From Candidatus Methanophagaceae archaeon (GTDB taxonomy: Archaea > Halobacteriota > Syntropharchaeia > Alkanophagales > Methanospirareceae): a DNA stretch of 32,000 bases. The position numbers and the translations under genes were made by a program. The notes beneath the pieces are model-generated. The model had not been told where the DNA came from, did no database searches, and was given only the letters and a program-made list of their open reading frames with translations. The DNA lies in contig PQXB01000001.1 in the NCBI GenBank assembly GCA_003194425.1, positions 790,444-822,443 of the forward strand, given 5' to 3'. Shown here one piece after another: positions 6,763-14,724 of the stretch (within the stretch, counting starts at the first letter, position 1; the number at the start of each line of letters is the position of its first letter).

Positions 6763-9700
6763 TCAACGCTCCAACCGAGAAGCAACCGCTACCGTCAAAT
6801 CCTCAACTTCAAAATCCCCTCCCTCCCCTCCTCTTTCTTTAGTAAAGCTTTCTTTTTTTAAGTCCCCCCTTTCTTTAGTAAAGCTTTCTTTTTTTAAGAA
6901 AGGTTTAAAGAAAGGTTTTAAAAAAACTTTTGCACAGTCAAGGTGAATCCAGCACTTTGGGCAGGACACAACCAGCTTGGACGCACCCGTCTCTTCAGCC
7001 TCCGCCAGCCGTTCGATTTGCGTCGCCTTTGCCACCGGGCCACAAGTTAGCATCGCACTTACGCCGCAGCACTCCGCTCGCTCCCGGTTGTGTGCCATTT
7101 CCTGTAATTTTACACCCGGAATTCTGCTCAAGACCTCTCTCGGTGCCTCGTACACGCCGAGGTGCCGTAACCTGCAGGGGTCGTGGTAAGTAACAACCTC
7201 CTCTTTCCCTCCGCTTTCAACGAACCTCAACTCCTTGTCCCTCAAAAATTCGGAGAGGTGTAAAACCTGAAACCCCAATTCTGAGCTCTCTAAAAATCGC
7301 CGGTAGTCCTTCTCAAAAGTCCTGAGGCACTCTGCACAGGTAAAAACCACCGTCTTCGCCCCGCTCCTTCTTACCACTTCTACATTCGCCTTCACCAACG
7401 CCTTAAAACTCTTCTCGTCCCCTGCCCAAAGCAAGTCGTGGCCACAGCACTTCTCTGTACCGCTCACCGCAGGAACGACGCCGACTGAGTTGAGCAGCCG
7501 TACCGCACTCCTCGCAATTTCAAGCAGCCTCAAATTCTTACGGTCGCTGTACACTCGGTCGAGGTAAGAGAGGCAGCCCGAGAAGTAGTAGACCTCGCCC
7601 TTCTCCGAAACTTTCAGTCCCTCCTCCTCGCTACCCTCCTCTCCCTCCACCTCAAGCCACCTCAGCCTGCTCTCCTCCCTGCCCGCTCCCTTCTCTACAC
7701 TCACTACTTCAGCAGCCGAGCCAAAGAAGTGTGGCACGCTGCCCCTACTCAACGCCAAGCTTCTCGCACCCTGAACAAAACGCAAAAAATCTACCTCGTA
7801 AGGGCAAACCGCGTCGCAGACGCCACAGGTCGTGCACTTCCAAATTTCCTCACTCAACACCAGTTTCTCCGCGTCCTCAGACAACGCCAAACCCGAAAGC
7901 AGTCTTGGTGAGAAGCCGGGCTCCTTCGCGGTTACAGGACACAACGCCGTGCAAACCCCACACTCCACACATTTATTCACACCCGTAGCGTAAGCCAACG
8001 CGTCTACAAACTCCCCTGCGTCTCCCTCTCCCTTACCCTCTCCCTCTACCCTTCCCTCTACCCCTCTCTCCTGCCTCGGAAAGCTTAAAAGACAGCTCCT
8101 ACAGTTGAAACACCGTTCAGCCTCCTCAACCGCGTCGTCCTCTGAAAGCCCGACCTCAACCTCCTCAAAACTCGTTCTCCTCTCCTCCGCTCCAATTCTC
8201 CTCCCTACCGCCTCCTTTCTCCTTCTCCTCCTTACTAACCCTCTCTTTGCCTCGTCCTCCAACTCTTCTCTCACGCACACCTCCTCTTCGGGCAACTCCT
8301 CTGAAACTTTTACCGACGCTCTACCCTTTTTTAAATCCTCGCCCCTCAAACTCAAACCCCTCAAGAACCTGTCAATTGTCTCGGCAGCCTCGTTACCGTC
8401 TGCAACAGCCTCAACTGCGAACGCCGCACCACGAACGCAGTCGCCACCCGCGAACACTCCCTCCGCCGCACTAACACAAAACTCGTCTGCCACAACTCTC
8501 CCTTCTCTCCCTCCTCCTTTCCCCCCGCTCCCGACTGTTTCGACCCCGCTACCCTCAAGAAACCTCAAGTCCGACGCCTGCCCTACCGCGGGAATTACCG
8601 TGTCCACCGCCACCAAGAACTCCGAGCCACGAACGGGAACTGGACGCCTCCTTCCCGACTCGTCCTGCGGACCCAACCTCATCTTTACAAGCTCTAATTT
8701 TTCTACCCTCTCCTCCCCTCCTCCCCCTTCTCCCCCTCCTGCTCCGGCTCCTCCTACCTTTGCAGCACTCCCTAAAATCCTCGTTGGGCTCGCCAAGAAC
8801 ATAAATTTCACGCCCTCCTCCTCCGCTTCCCGCACCTCTACCTCACTCGCCGGCATCTCCTCTCGCGACCTCCTGTAAACGACGGTCACCTCCGAGCAGC
8901 CCAACCGCAACGCCGACCTCGCTGCGTCTACCGCTACATTTCCGCCACCCACCACTGCAACCCTCTTCCCTGCTACTCTTTCAAGACCTTTCCCAAGATT
9001 AAAATCACGCAGGAAATCAAGACTCGAAACAACTCCCTCCAAATCCTCGCCCTCGACTTCAAGCCTTCTGCTCACATCCGCGCCAACAGCGACAAAAACC
9101 GCGTCGTACTCGCCACGAATCCGCTCGAACTCCTCTCTACCAATCTCAACCCCTGTCTCAACCTCTATTTTTTCCCCCCTTCCCTCTCCTGCAACAGAAA
9201 AAACAACCGCCTCAATCTCCTTTTTCAGAACTTCTTTTGGCAGCCTGTACGGCGGAATACCAGCGAAGAGCATTCCCCCCGCCACAGGCAACTTCTCAAA
9301 GACCTTTACCCTGTACCCCTTCCCCGCCAACCGCCACGCCGCAGTCAGCCCCGCAGGACCCGCACCAACAACCGCTACTCTTTTACCTCTTTCGTTTTCC
9401 CCCTTGCTTTTCCCCTCTCTTTTCTCCTCTCTTTTCTCCTTCTTTTTCCCTTCACCCCCTCCCTTCTCTCCCTCCTCCTTTCCCCCCGCCTTCTCCAAGA
9501 CCGTGTCGCCAACGAACCGTTTTAAAGCGGCGACAGCAAGAGGGTCGTCAAAAAAACCTCGCTTGCAGTTCGCCTCGCAGGGGTGGTTGCAAATCCGCCC
9601 GAGAGTAGCAGGAAAAGGAATCGTCTCCCGAATTAGCGAGTACGCCTCCTCGTACCTGCCCTCCGAAATTAGTTTGATGTAACCTTGAGCGTCACAGCCT

Positions 9701-9807
9701 GCGGGGCAGGTAGAGACGCACCTCGGCACCTCTCTGTCTATTCCAAAATCCTCTTCATCGGAATGCAAAAAGCTCTTGTAGCGAGCACAAAGTTCTTTAG
9801 ACAGCAT
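6763..9807 (-). CDS. Multidomain oxidoreductase: GltD-like NAD(P)H/FAD module + 2x[4Fe-4S] ferredoxin + two CCG domains (HdrD/GlpC-like)
   Basis: 1014 aa. N-terminus has the GltD-type Fe-S region (ICNHPCEANCKRG) and a dinucleotide fold (VAVVGAGPAGLTAAWRLAGKGYRVKVFEKLPVAGGML, VAVVGGGNVAVDAA). Ferredoxin motifs are CVECGVCTALCP and CTTCGVCDAVCP. CCG domains are GCLSY...KCCGHD...FTCAEC and HDPC...ECCGVS...SCPKC. At least five G/E/K low-complexity inserts are present. Confidence 0.8.
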   Translation of the reverse strand: MLSKELCARYKSFLHSDEEDFGIDREVPRCVSTCPAGCDAQGYIKLISEGRYEEAYSLIRETIPFPATLGRICNHPCEANCKRGFFDDPLAVAALKRFVGDTVLEKAGGKEEGEKGGGEGKKKEKREEKREGKSKGENERGKRVAVVGAGPAGLTAAWRLAGKGYRVKVFEKLPVAGGMLFAGIPPYRLPKEVLKKEIEAVVFSVAGEGRGEKIEVETGVEIGREEFERIRGEYDAVFVAVGADVSRRLEVEGEDLEGVVSSLDFLRDFNLGKGLERVAGKRVAVVGGGNVAVDAARSALRLGCSEVTVVYRRSREEMPASEVEVREAEEEGVKFMFLASPTRILGSAAKVGGAGAGGGEGGGGEERVEKLELVKMRLGPQDESGRRRPVPVRGSEFLVAVDTVIPAVGQASDLRFLEGSGVETVGSGGKGGGREGRVVADEFCVSAAEGVFAGGDCVRGAAFAVEAVADGNEAAETIDRFLRGLSLRGEDLKKGRASVKVSEELPEEEVCVREELEDEAKRGLVRRRRRKEAVGRRIGAEERRTSFEEVEVGLSEDDAVEEAERCFNCRSCLLSFPRQERGVEGRVEGEGKGEGDAGEFVDALAYATGVNKCVECGVCTALCPVTAKEPGFSPRLLSGLALSEDAEKLVLSEEIWKCTTCGVCDAVCPYEVDFLRFVQGARSLALSRGSVPHFFGSAAEVVSVEKGAGREESRLRWLEVEGEEGSEEEGLKVSEKGEVYYFSGCLSYLDRVYSDRKNLRLLEIARSAVRLLNSVGVVPAVSGTEKCCGHDLLWAGDEKSFKALVKANVEVVRRSGAKTVVFTCAECLRTFEKDYRRFLESSELGFQVLHLSEFLRDKELRFVESGGKEEVVTYHDPCRLRHLGVYEAPREVLSRIPGVKLQEMAHNRERAECCGVSAMLTCGPVAKATQIERLAEAEETGASKLVVSCPKCWIHLDCAKVFLKPFFKPFLKKESFTKERGDLKKESFTKERGGEGGDFEVEDLTVAVASRLER
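6833..6898. repeat. 30-bp unit repeated with 36-bp period (in frame) in the 3' end of CDS 6763..9807
   Basis: ctttctttagtaaagctttctttttttaag occurs at 6833-6862 and 6869-6898. It encodes the KKESFTKERG(D/G) duplication. An adjacent aagaaaggttt x2 encodes FKPFFKPF. Confidence 0.9.
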
Positions 9808-9840
9808 TCGACAGCCTTCTGCTACCTCTAATCTAAAAGC

Positions 9841-9868
9841 CTCACCTCAGTGCCCTCACCTCAGTGCC
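9841..9868. repeat. Perfect 14-bp tandem duplication (ctcacctcagtgcc x2) spanning a stop codon
   Basis: Copies at 9841-9854 and 9855-9868. The unit includes the TGA stop and last codons (GH*) of CDS 9861..10715. Confidence 0.95.
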
Positions 9869-10715
9869 CTCCTTCCTCCACTTCCTCTGCCGGAGTCACT
9901 GCGTAGCCGACAAGCGAGACGATGAAGCTCAAGCAACTGCGGTACGCCTTGCTCAAAGCCCTCGTTTGTGCCATACTTCGCACCTGAAATATCGGTCGTC
10001 GCTTCCAGTTCGCCTCGTCTGACATGCACATCGCCTCTGCTGCAGAGACCGTGTTTCCTTCGCTGTCTTTGATGACCGCCCGAGCCTCGAACCCTTTCGC
10101 ACCCCACAACTCCACAGGTTTCGTCCACTCGATGAACGCTGTGAGGTTGCAGAACCGCCCGAGAGTCTGCCACGCCTCCAACTGCAGATATTTCTTCCCG
10201 TGCATTTCTTGGTAGAGGTGCTGTTTCTCGACAATCGCGTAGAGGCTGTCTGCTTTCTGCTGTGCGTCCGCGACAATTTCCTTCTCGCCTTTTGGCGTTG
10301 GCAGTTTTGGCGTTGGCAGCGCTGGCAGGACCGCTCCCGCTACAACTTCCTCCCTCTTCTCCAAGTCCTCTTCTCCCTCTCCTTCGGCGACCGCGTAGAA
10401 CCTCTTAACCACCTCCAAATCCTTCAGTTCCTCCTCAGGCAAGAATTTGTCGTTCTGAAGTGCCCAGAACCTGCCGGTCGGGTGTTGCTCGGTGAAAGTC
10501 CTGCCCAGCGTCAAGTCGCCCTCTCTCAAAATAAACCGCACCTTGCCGTCGCTCTCCCGCTTCTCGTGAAACCCCAAACTTCTTAAAACCCCCTGGTAGC
10601 GTCTGGCTTTGGCTTCCTCGCTCTCTCCTTCCTCCTCCTCCTCTTTTTGCTCTTGCTCCTCTTCTTCTACTTCTTCTTCTACTTCTTCTTTTTCTGTCTC
10701 TTCCTCTTCTCTCAT
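9861..10715 (-). CDS. Hypothetical protein with acidic N-terminal tail. The C-terminal ~130 aa may be a Redbeta/RecT-like single-strand-annealing fold (tentative).
   Basis: 284 aa. C-terminal GFEARAVIKDSEGNTVSAAEAMCMSDEANWKRRPIFQVRSMAQTRALSKAYRSCLSFIVSLVGYAVTPAEEV aligns by eye with the lambda Redbeta segment I recall as ...CRIYRKDRNHPICVTEWMDEC...PKRMLRHKAMIQCARLAFGFAGIYDKDEAE. The comparison is from memory only. Confidence 0.35.
   Translation of the reverse strand: MREEEETEKEEVEEEVEEEEQEQKEEEEEGESEEAKARRYQGVLRSLGFHEKRESDGKVRFILREGDLTLGRTFTEQHPTGRFWALQNDKFLPEEELKDLEVVKRFYAVAEGEGEEDLEKREEVVAGAVLPALPTPKLPTPKGEKEIVADAQQKADSLYAIVEKQHLYQEMHGKKYLQLEAWQTLGRFCNLTAFIEWTKPVELWGAKGFEARAVIKDSEGNTVSAAEAMCMSDEANWKRRPIFQVRSMAQTRALSKAYRSCLSFIVSLVGYAVTPAEEVEEGGH
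10290..10319. repeat. 15-bp in-frame tandem duplication (ttttggcgttggcag x2)
   Basis: Copies at 10290-10304 and 10305-10319. They encode LPTPKLPTPK in CDS 9861..10715. Confidence 0.95.
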
Positions 10716-10768
10716 TCTTCCCTCCTCTTCTTTTTCTGCCTCTTTCTCCTCCGCTCTCGGAGTTTAAA

Positions 10769-11359
10769 TTAGCAAAATAATTTTTTTATCTCTCTTCTAA
10801 ACGCCTCCAAAGAGCCGTTGTTCTGCACAATTTTATCCGCTTTTTTCATCGCCTCTTCCATTCCCCAGCCCCTTTCTCGTGCCTCGCGGTTCTTGAACTC
10901 CTCAAGGCTCAGCGAGTCGTCGCCCCTGCCACGAGCTTGTATTCGCTCGTACCTAACCCGAAGCGGAGCGTCCACCCGCACGAGAACGAAATCGTCGCCG
11001 AACTCCTTCTTAAACGCCTCTACCTCGGCAACGCCCCTTATTCCGTCTACTACGACAACCCCTTTCTTTTCCCCTGCCACGCCCTTTACGAGCGCCACGC
11101 CCTTTACGAGCGGGACGCACCGCTTTGCAACCGCGTCCAGCCCTTCCCTCGCCCGCAGTTCAGTCGCAACCCTGCCCGCGTTTGCGTCGCTCAACTCAAG
11201 ACCATGCCGCCTCAACTCTGCCCGCACAACCTCGCCCATTGTCACAACAGGAAAGCCCAACTCCTTTCCCACCGCCGCCGCTTCTGTCTTCCCCGCTCCA
11301 GGCGCTCCGACAAACGCAAACACCGAGACCGAGACTGGCTCCTCTCTCCAACCCTCCAA
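10769..11359 (-). CDS. UPF0200-family P-loop nucleotide kinase (archaeal dephospho-CoA-kinase-like / AAA kinase)
   Basis: Walker A FVGAPGAGKTE is followed by GFPVVTMGEVVRAELRRHGLE...VVVDGIRGVAEVEAFKKEFGDDFVLVRVDAP...RGRGDD. This matches the archaeal UPF0200 layout. The true start may be downstream of 11359. Confidence 0.7.
   Translation of the reverse strand: MEGWREEPVSVSVFAFVGAPGAGKTEAAAVGKELGFPVVTMGEVVRAELRRHGLELSDANAGRVATELRAREGLDAVAKRCVPLVKGVALVKGVAGEKKGVVVVDGIRGVAEVEAFKKEFGDDFVLVRVDAPLRVRYERIQARGRGDDSLSLEEFKNREARERGWGMEEAMKKADKIVQNNGSLEAFRREIKKLFC
11076..11111. repeat. 18-bp in-frame tandem duplication (gccacgccctttacgagc x2)
   Basis: Copies at 11076-11093 and 11094-11111. They encode LVKGVALVKGVA in the kinase. 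Confidence 0.95.
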
Positions 11360-11406
11360 CTCTCTAGACCTCTAAACCTCCAACTCTCTAAACCTCCAAC
11401 TCTCTA
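11350..11406. repeat. Intergenic 16-bp tandem repeat (aacctccaactctcta x2 plus a degenerate third copy)
   Basis: Perfect copies at 11375-11390 and 11391-11406. A degenerate copy lies at about 11350-11367. Confidence 0.9.
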
Positions 11407-11412
11407 AACTTC

Positions 11413-11859
11413 TCAATACCGGTACCTCTCGTGCAGCCACTTCTCCGCAGCACCCCTCGCAAGCCTCCGTTCGACCGCAGCGTAAAACACATTCACAACG
11501 CAGAGCAACTCCCCTTTCCTCACCAGACCGTCAAACAAGGGGTGAAAAATGGCTTCATCAAGAAATCTCGTCTCCTCTACTCCCTTCGGCTTACCCGCCA
11601 CCGCGAGCGAAGGAACGATGCCGAGTGCGTGTCGCATAATGTTGCAGGGCAGGACAATCGCCCTCGGGGGCAGTTCTATCGGCTCTATTTTTATGCTCAC
11701 GAGTTCATTTTTCGCTACCTCTTTGTCCTCTTTCGCGATCACTATTTCCCATTCCCCGTGCTGACCGACTGTGAAGCCGTAGCTGAACGCCTCTGTCTCC
11801 AGCCGCTCTGTCTCCCCTCCGATTTTATCCTTCCAGAAAACGAGTTCTATCTTTGCCAT
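11413..11859 (-). CDS. Hypothetical protein (148 aa), no family recognised
   Basis: Long ORF with non-repetitive composition, packed between neighbours on the same strand. The overlapping + strand ORFs look like shadows. Confidence 0.55.
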   Translation of the reverse strand: MAKIELVFWKDKIGGETERLETEAFSYGFTVGQHGEWEIVIAKEDKEVAKNELVSIKIEPIELPPRAIVLPCNIMRHALGIVPSLAVAGKPKGVEETRFLDEAIFHPLFDGLVRKGELLCVVNVFYAAVERRLARGAAEKWLHERYRY

Positions 11860-11885
11860 ATTCTTTGATTTGCGTTTTTGTTTGT

Positions 11886-12269
11886 TTAAAACTTTTTTAA
11901 ATCCGCCAACCGCTTGTCCCAGTAAGCGTCCAAGACAGCGGATTCTTCAGAGTCCTCAAAGACAAACTCGTCTTGCTCATCTCGCCGCTCGGACTTGGAC
12001 TTGGACTCGGACTCGGACTTGGACTCGGACTTTGCGATTTTTCCGATGAAGTTCCAAGTAACGCTCTGCCACTCGTTCTCGGTCAGCCCCCTGCCGATCG
12101 CGTCTTCGAGAACCGACCGCCGCACGACAAGTCTTTTGTCCGCTTTTACCCGAATCAGCATTCCGAAGTGCGTGTGGGTCGCGTTGTTAGCCCTGTTCTC
12201 GGGGTCTTCGCAGACCGCCCTCGCAGCAAGCAGGTTCGCAGGCACCGCTTCAAGAAAAACGCTTACCAT
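11886..12269 (-). CDS. Hypothetical protein (127 aa) with a (KSES)n insert
   Basis: ORF on the same strand as its neighbours. The insert is encoded by a hexanucleotide repeat. Confidence 0.5.
   Translation of the reverse strand: MVSVFLEAVPANLLAARAVCEDPENRANNATHTHFGMLIRVKADKRLVVRRSVLEDAIGRGLTENEWQSVTWNFIGKIAKSESKSESESKSKSERRDEQDEFVFEDSEESAVLDAYWDKRLADLKKF
11988..12031. repeat. Hexanucleotide microsatellite ([c/t][t/c]ggac)n, about 7 units, in frame
   Basis: Sequence ctcggacttggacttggactcggactcggacttggactcggac. It encodes KSESKSESESKSKSE on the minus strand. Confidence 0.9.
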
Positions 12270-12276
12270 TTTAATC

Positions 12277-13365
12277 TTAGACTTTGAAGTAGTCCCCCAC
12301 CCGCTCGACAGCCCTCGCGACGAGTTCAGCGCAGTTCTCGAGGTCTTTCAGGCTCAGCACCTCAACAGGGGAGTGAATGTACCTCGTGGGCACGCCGACA
12401 ACGCCTGTGGGGACGCCGCTTCTCGTGAGTTGGATTGCGGTGGCGTCGGTGGTGCCGCCTTCGGAGACGCTGAGTTGGTATTTTATGCCGTGTTGGGTAG
12501 CGGTCTCTTTGAGCCATTTCAGGACTGCAGGGGGCGTAATTAAGCCACGACCCGCAGCGTCGGAGACCGTGAGTACAGGTCCCTTCTCAAGTTCGACCGT
12601 CGTGTCCTTCTTTTCAATTCCCGGGTGCCCTCCCGCGATGTCGGTGTCGAGAGCGAGGGCAGCGTCGGGGTTGAGTTCGAACGCCGAGGTTCGCGCCCCT
12701 TTCAGCCCTACCTCCTCCTGCACCGTCCCGACTGCGTAGACCTCAAACTCAGCCTCGGTCTTCGCCTGCTTGAGCCTTTTGAGTGCTTCTACCAGCACTG
12801 CGACGCCGGCGCGGTTGTCGAAGGCTTTGCAACTCACCCGCTCGTTCTTGAGCTCTACAAAATTCCTGTCTACTGTTACTGGCGTTCCGACGCCGACGCC
12901 CCACTGCTCTGCTTCTTCCCTGCTCCGCGCGCCCACATCGATGAACATATCTTCAGTTTTCACCGCCTTCTCGCGCTCTTTGGGCTTCATTCTGTGCGGC
13001 GGTTTCGAGCCGACGACTCCAAAGACAGCACTGCCGTCGGAGCCGTTGCCGTTGGGGTCAGGGTGCAGGACCACGCGTTGGTTGAGCAGCGTCTGTCCAA
13101 ACCAGCCGCCAACGGTCGCGAACCTCAAGAAACCCTCGTCCTCCACGTGCTTCACCATCAGCCCAATCTCGTCGAGGTGCGCCGCAATCATAACAGACGG
13201 TCTCTTGCCCCGTTTCGTCGCTACCAAATTCCCCAACCTGTCCGTCTTTACCTCGTCCGCGTACTGCTCTACTTCGGCTTTTACGACCTCCTGCACCTCG
13301 CCCTCGTAGCCCGAAACACCGTGCGCCTCTGCCAACCTCTTCAACAACTCTTTCATCTCGGTCAT
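12277..13365 (-). CDS. M42-family (TET / FrvX-type) aminopeptidase
   Basis: 362 aa. N-terminal LLKRLAEAHGVSGYEGEVQEVVKAEV...DRLGNLVATKRGK.PSVMIAAHLDEIGLMVKHVEDEGFLRF..VGGW is the characteristic M42 N-terminus and metal-site context. Confidence 0.85.
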   Translation of the reverse strand: MTEMKELLKRLAEAHGVSGYEGEVQEVVKAEVEQYADEVKTDRLGNLVATKRGKRPSVMIAAHLDEIGLMVKHVEDEGFLRFATVGGWFGQTLLNQRVVLHPDPNGNGSDGSAVFGVVGSKPPHRMKPKEREKAVKTEDMFIDVGARSREEAEQWGVGVGTPVTVDRNFVELKNERVSCKAFDNRAGVAVLVEALKRLKQAKTEAEFEVYAVGTVQEEVGLKGARTSAFELNPDAALALDTDIAGGHPGIEKKDTTVELEKGPVLTVSDAAGRGLITPPAVLKWLKETATQHGIKYQLSVSEGGTTDATAIQLTRSGVPTGVVGVPTRYIHSPVEVLSLKDLENCAELVARAVERVGDYFKV

Positions 13366-13374
13366 CCTTAATAA

Positions 13375-13437
13375 AACTTTTCCTAAAACTTTTCCTAAAC
13401 CTTTTCCTAAAAGTTCTTTTGATAAACCTTTTCCTAA
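13375..13437. repeat. Intergenic 12-bp motif [a/c]cttttcctaaa: three tandem copies plus one spaced copy
   Basis: Copies at 13375-13386, 13387-13398, 13399-13410 and 13426-13437. They lie immediately upstream of the M42 peptidase start (13365, minus strand). Confidence 0.9.
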
Positions 13438-13444
13438 AAGGTTT

Positions 13445-14629
13445 TTAGGTAAGTAAAATCTTCATCGTCTCCTCCGCGGGCAGTTCGTTCTCCTTGCAGA
13501 CCGCGATGGTGCAGAGATTCCTCACCTCTGCTTCTTTGAGGTAAAGAAAGCCAATTGCCGTTCCGATGTTAATTGGGTAGCCCCGCAGAGTGTTTTTTAC
13601 CGTTGCGAAAAAATGCTTCCAAAGCGCGTTCTCGAAAGGAAAAAGCGTCTTCTCGGCTTCGTAGGCAGCCAACGCCCCGCTCAAAACCTCCTTGTAAGCC
13701 GAACCTGCCGAACCCGCCGGCATCGCTTGGACACTCGCACTCACACTCTCCGCCGAAACCGAGTCCTGCATCGCGTCGGCGCCAAAATCAAACGCGTACC
13801 AGTAGGGCAGAAAATACCGCCTCATTTCCCGCTCCTCCACTCCCTCGGATTTGCAGCGCAGCAAAATCATAAGATTCACAATGTCAAACTCGGTCCCAAC
13901 AATCCGCCTCACAATTCCCTTCTCCTTCGCGTTCAGTCGCCCCGTCTTCTCCCAGACCGAACCCGAAATCTCGGCGTCAAGCGCGTTCTCAAGAGCCAAC
14001 ACCCTCCTGCCGCTGCCTTCTCCCTTTGCCTTCCCCTGCAGCACCGCAGCTGGTAACGCCGCTTCCAAAACTCGCCTGTACGGCTCTTCTAACTCTTTTA
14101 CCACGCTCTCCACCGAGTCCGCCTCAAAGAGTCGGCTTATTCTACGCCCAAAGAAATCTTCAACCGGGAAAAACATCGCTCCTTCCACTCCCTCTTCTGC
14201 TCCTGTCCCAGTTCCTGTCCCTTCTCCTGTCCCAGTTCCTGTCTCTTCTCCTGTCCCCGTTCCCACGACCTCTGCAGCGGCTTTAGCCCGCAGAACCGCC
14301 TTCAGATTCTTCACCTCCAGCCGCCTGAGAAGTTCCTCAAAAACAGCCCTCGCCGCTCTTGCACCCTCGATCGATTTTATCACCATCAAATACTGCCCCA
14401 CCAGTTCTTCTTTCAACGCTCTCTCTATTCTCCTCGCGTCTACACCGCCACTTACCCCCGCTGCCACGCCTGCATTTGTTAGTTTCTCTTTGTAAGTGGT
14501 GTTCATCAGCAAAGCCAGAAAATCTTCCCCGCGAGCGTCTACAAGCTCTCTTAATCTCCGCTCGTCCAGAAGCCCGCTCATCCTCGCCCTCACCCTCGCA
14601 TACGAATACGCATATTTCGACACGCTCAT
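13445..14629 (-). CDS. atpC: A/V-type ATP synthase subunit C (eukaryotic subunit d homologue)
   Basis: 394 aa. N-terminal KYAYSYARVRARMSGLLDERRL is the hallmark start of archaeal AtpC. The protein is helical throughout. A G/T/E insert (GTGTGEETGTGTGEGTGTGTGAEEG) is present. Confidence 0.75.
   Translation of the reverse strand: MSVSKYAYSYARVRARMSGLLDERRLRELVDARGEDFLALLMNTTYKEKLTNAGVAAGVSGGVDARRIERALKEELVGQYLMVIKSIEGARAARAVFEELLRRLEVKNLKAVLRAKAAAEVVGTGTGEETGTGTGEGTGTGTGAEEGVEGAMFFPVEDFFGRRISRLFEADSVESVVKELEEPYRRVLEAALPAAVLQGKAKGEGSGRRVLALENALDAEISGSVWEKTGRLNAKEKGIVRRIVGTEFDIVNLMILLRCKSEGVEEREMRRYFLPYWYAFDFGADAMQDSVSAESVSASVQAMPAGSAGSAYKEVLSGALAAYEAEKTLFPFENALWKHFFATVKNTLRGYPINIGTAIGFLYLKEAEVRNLCTIAVCKENELPAEETMKILLT
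14201..14264. repeat. 24-bp in-frame tandem repeat, about 2.7 copies
   Basis: tcctgtcccagttcctgtc[c/t]cttc occurs at 14201-14224 and 14225-14248, with a partial copy to 14264. It encodes the GT-rich insert of atpC. Confidence 0.9.
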
Positions 14630-14646
14630 CTCCTCATTTCTCCCCG

Positions 14647-14678
14647 TCTATTTATTAGTTCCGAGCAACTTATAAATC
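14647..14678. promoter_or_regulatory. Candidate divergent promoter region with two TATA-like boxes
   Basis: ctatttatta (14648-14657) lies about 20-28 nt from the atpC ATG on the minus strand, which suggests a leaderless transcript. ttataaat (14670-14677) lies about 48 nt upstream of the ATG at 14725. Confidence 0.3.
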
Positions 14679-14724
14679 TCAATTAGACTAAAGTAAGGAG
14701 AGAGGGAGAAGGGAGGGAGAAGGA

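Noticed and set aside
8105-8878. Long + strand ORF (257 aa, S/P/T-rich) and several others antisense to the GltD-HdrD gene (6930..7193, 7731..7988, 8247..8474, 9237..9608, 9404..9682)
   Set aside because: They lie entirely antisense to a CDS with clear domain motifs. Their composition is low-complexity (P/S/T/L-rich), which is the mirror of the sense-strand purine bias. These are typical shadow ORFs.
12625-13371. + strand ORFs of 248, 179 and 120 aa antisense to the M42 peptidase. Similar shadows lie opposite atpC (13851..14495 and others), the kinase (10818..11375, 10937..11407), thyX (1357..1968), the radical SAM gene (3925..4347) and hmgA (25770..26129 and others).
   Set aside because: The opposite strand carries strongly recognisable enzymes in each case. 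The antisense translations have no motifs and skewed composition.
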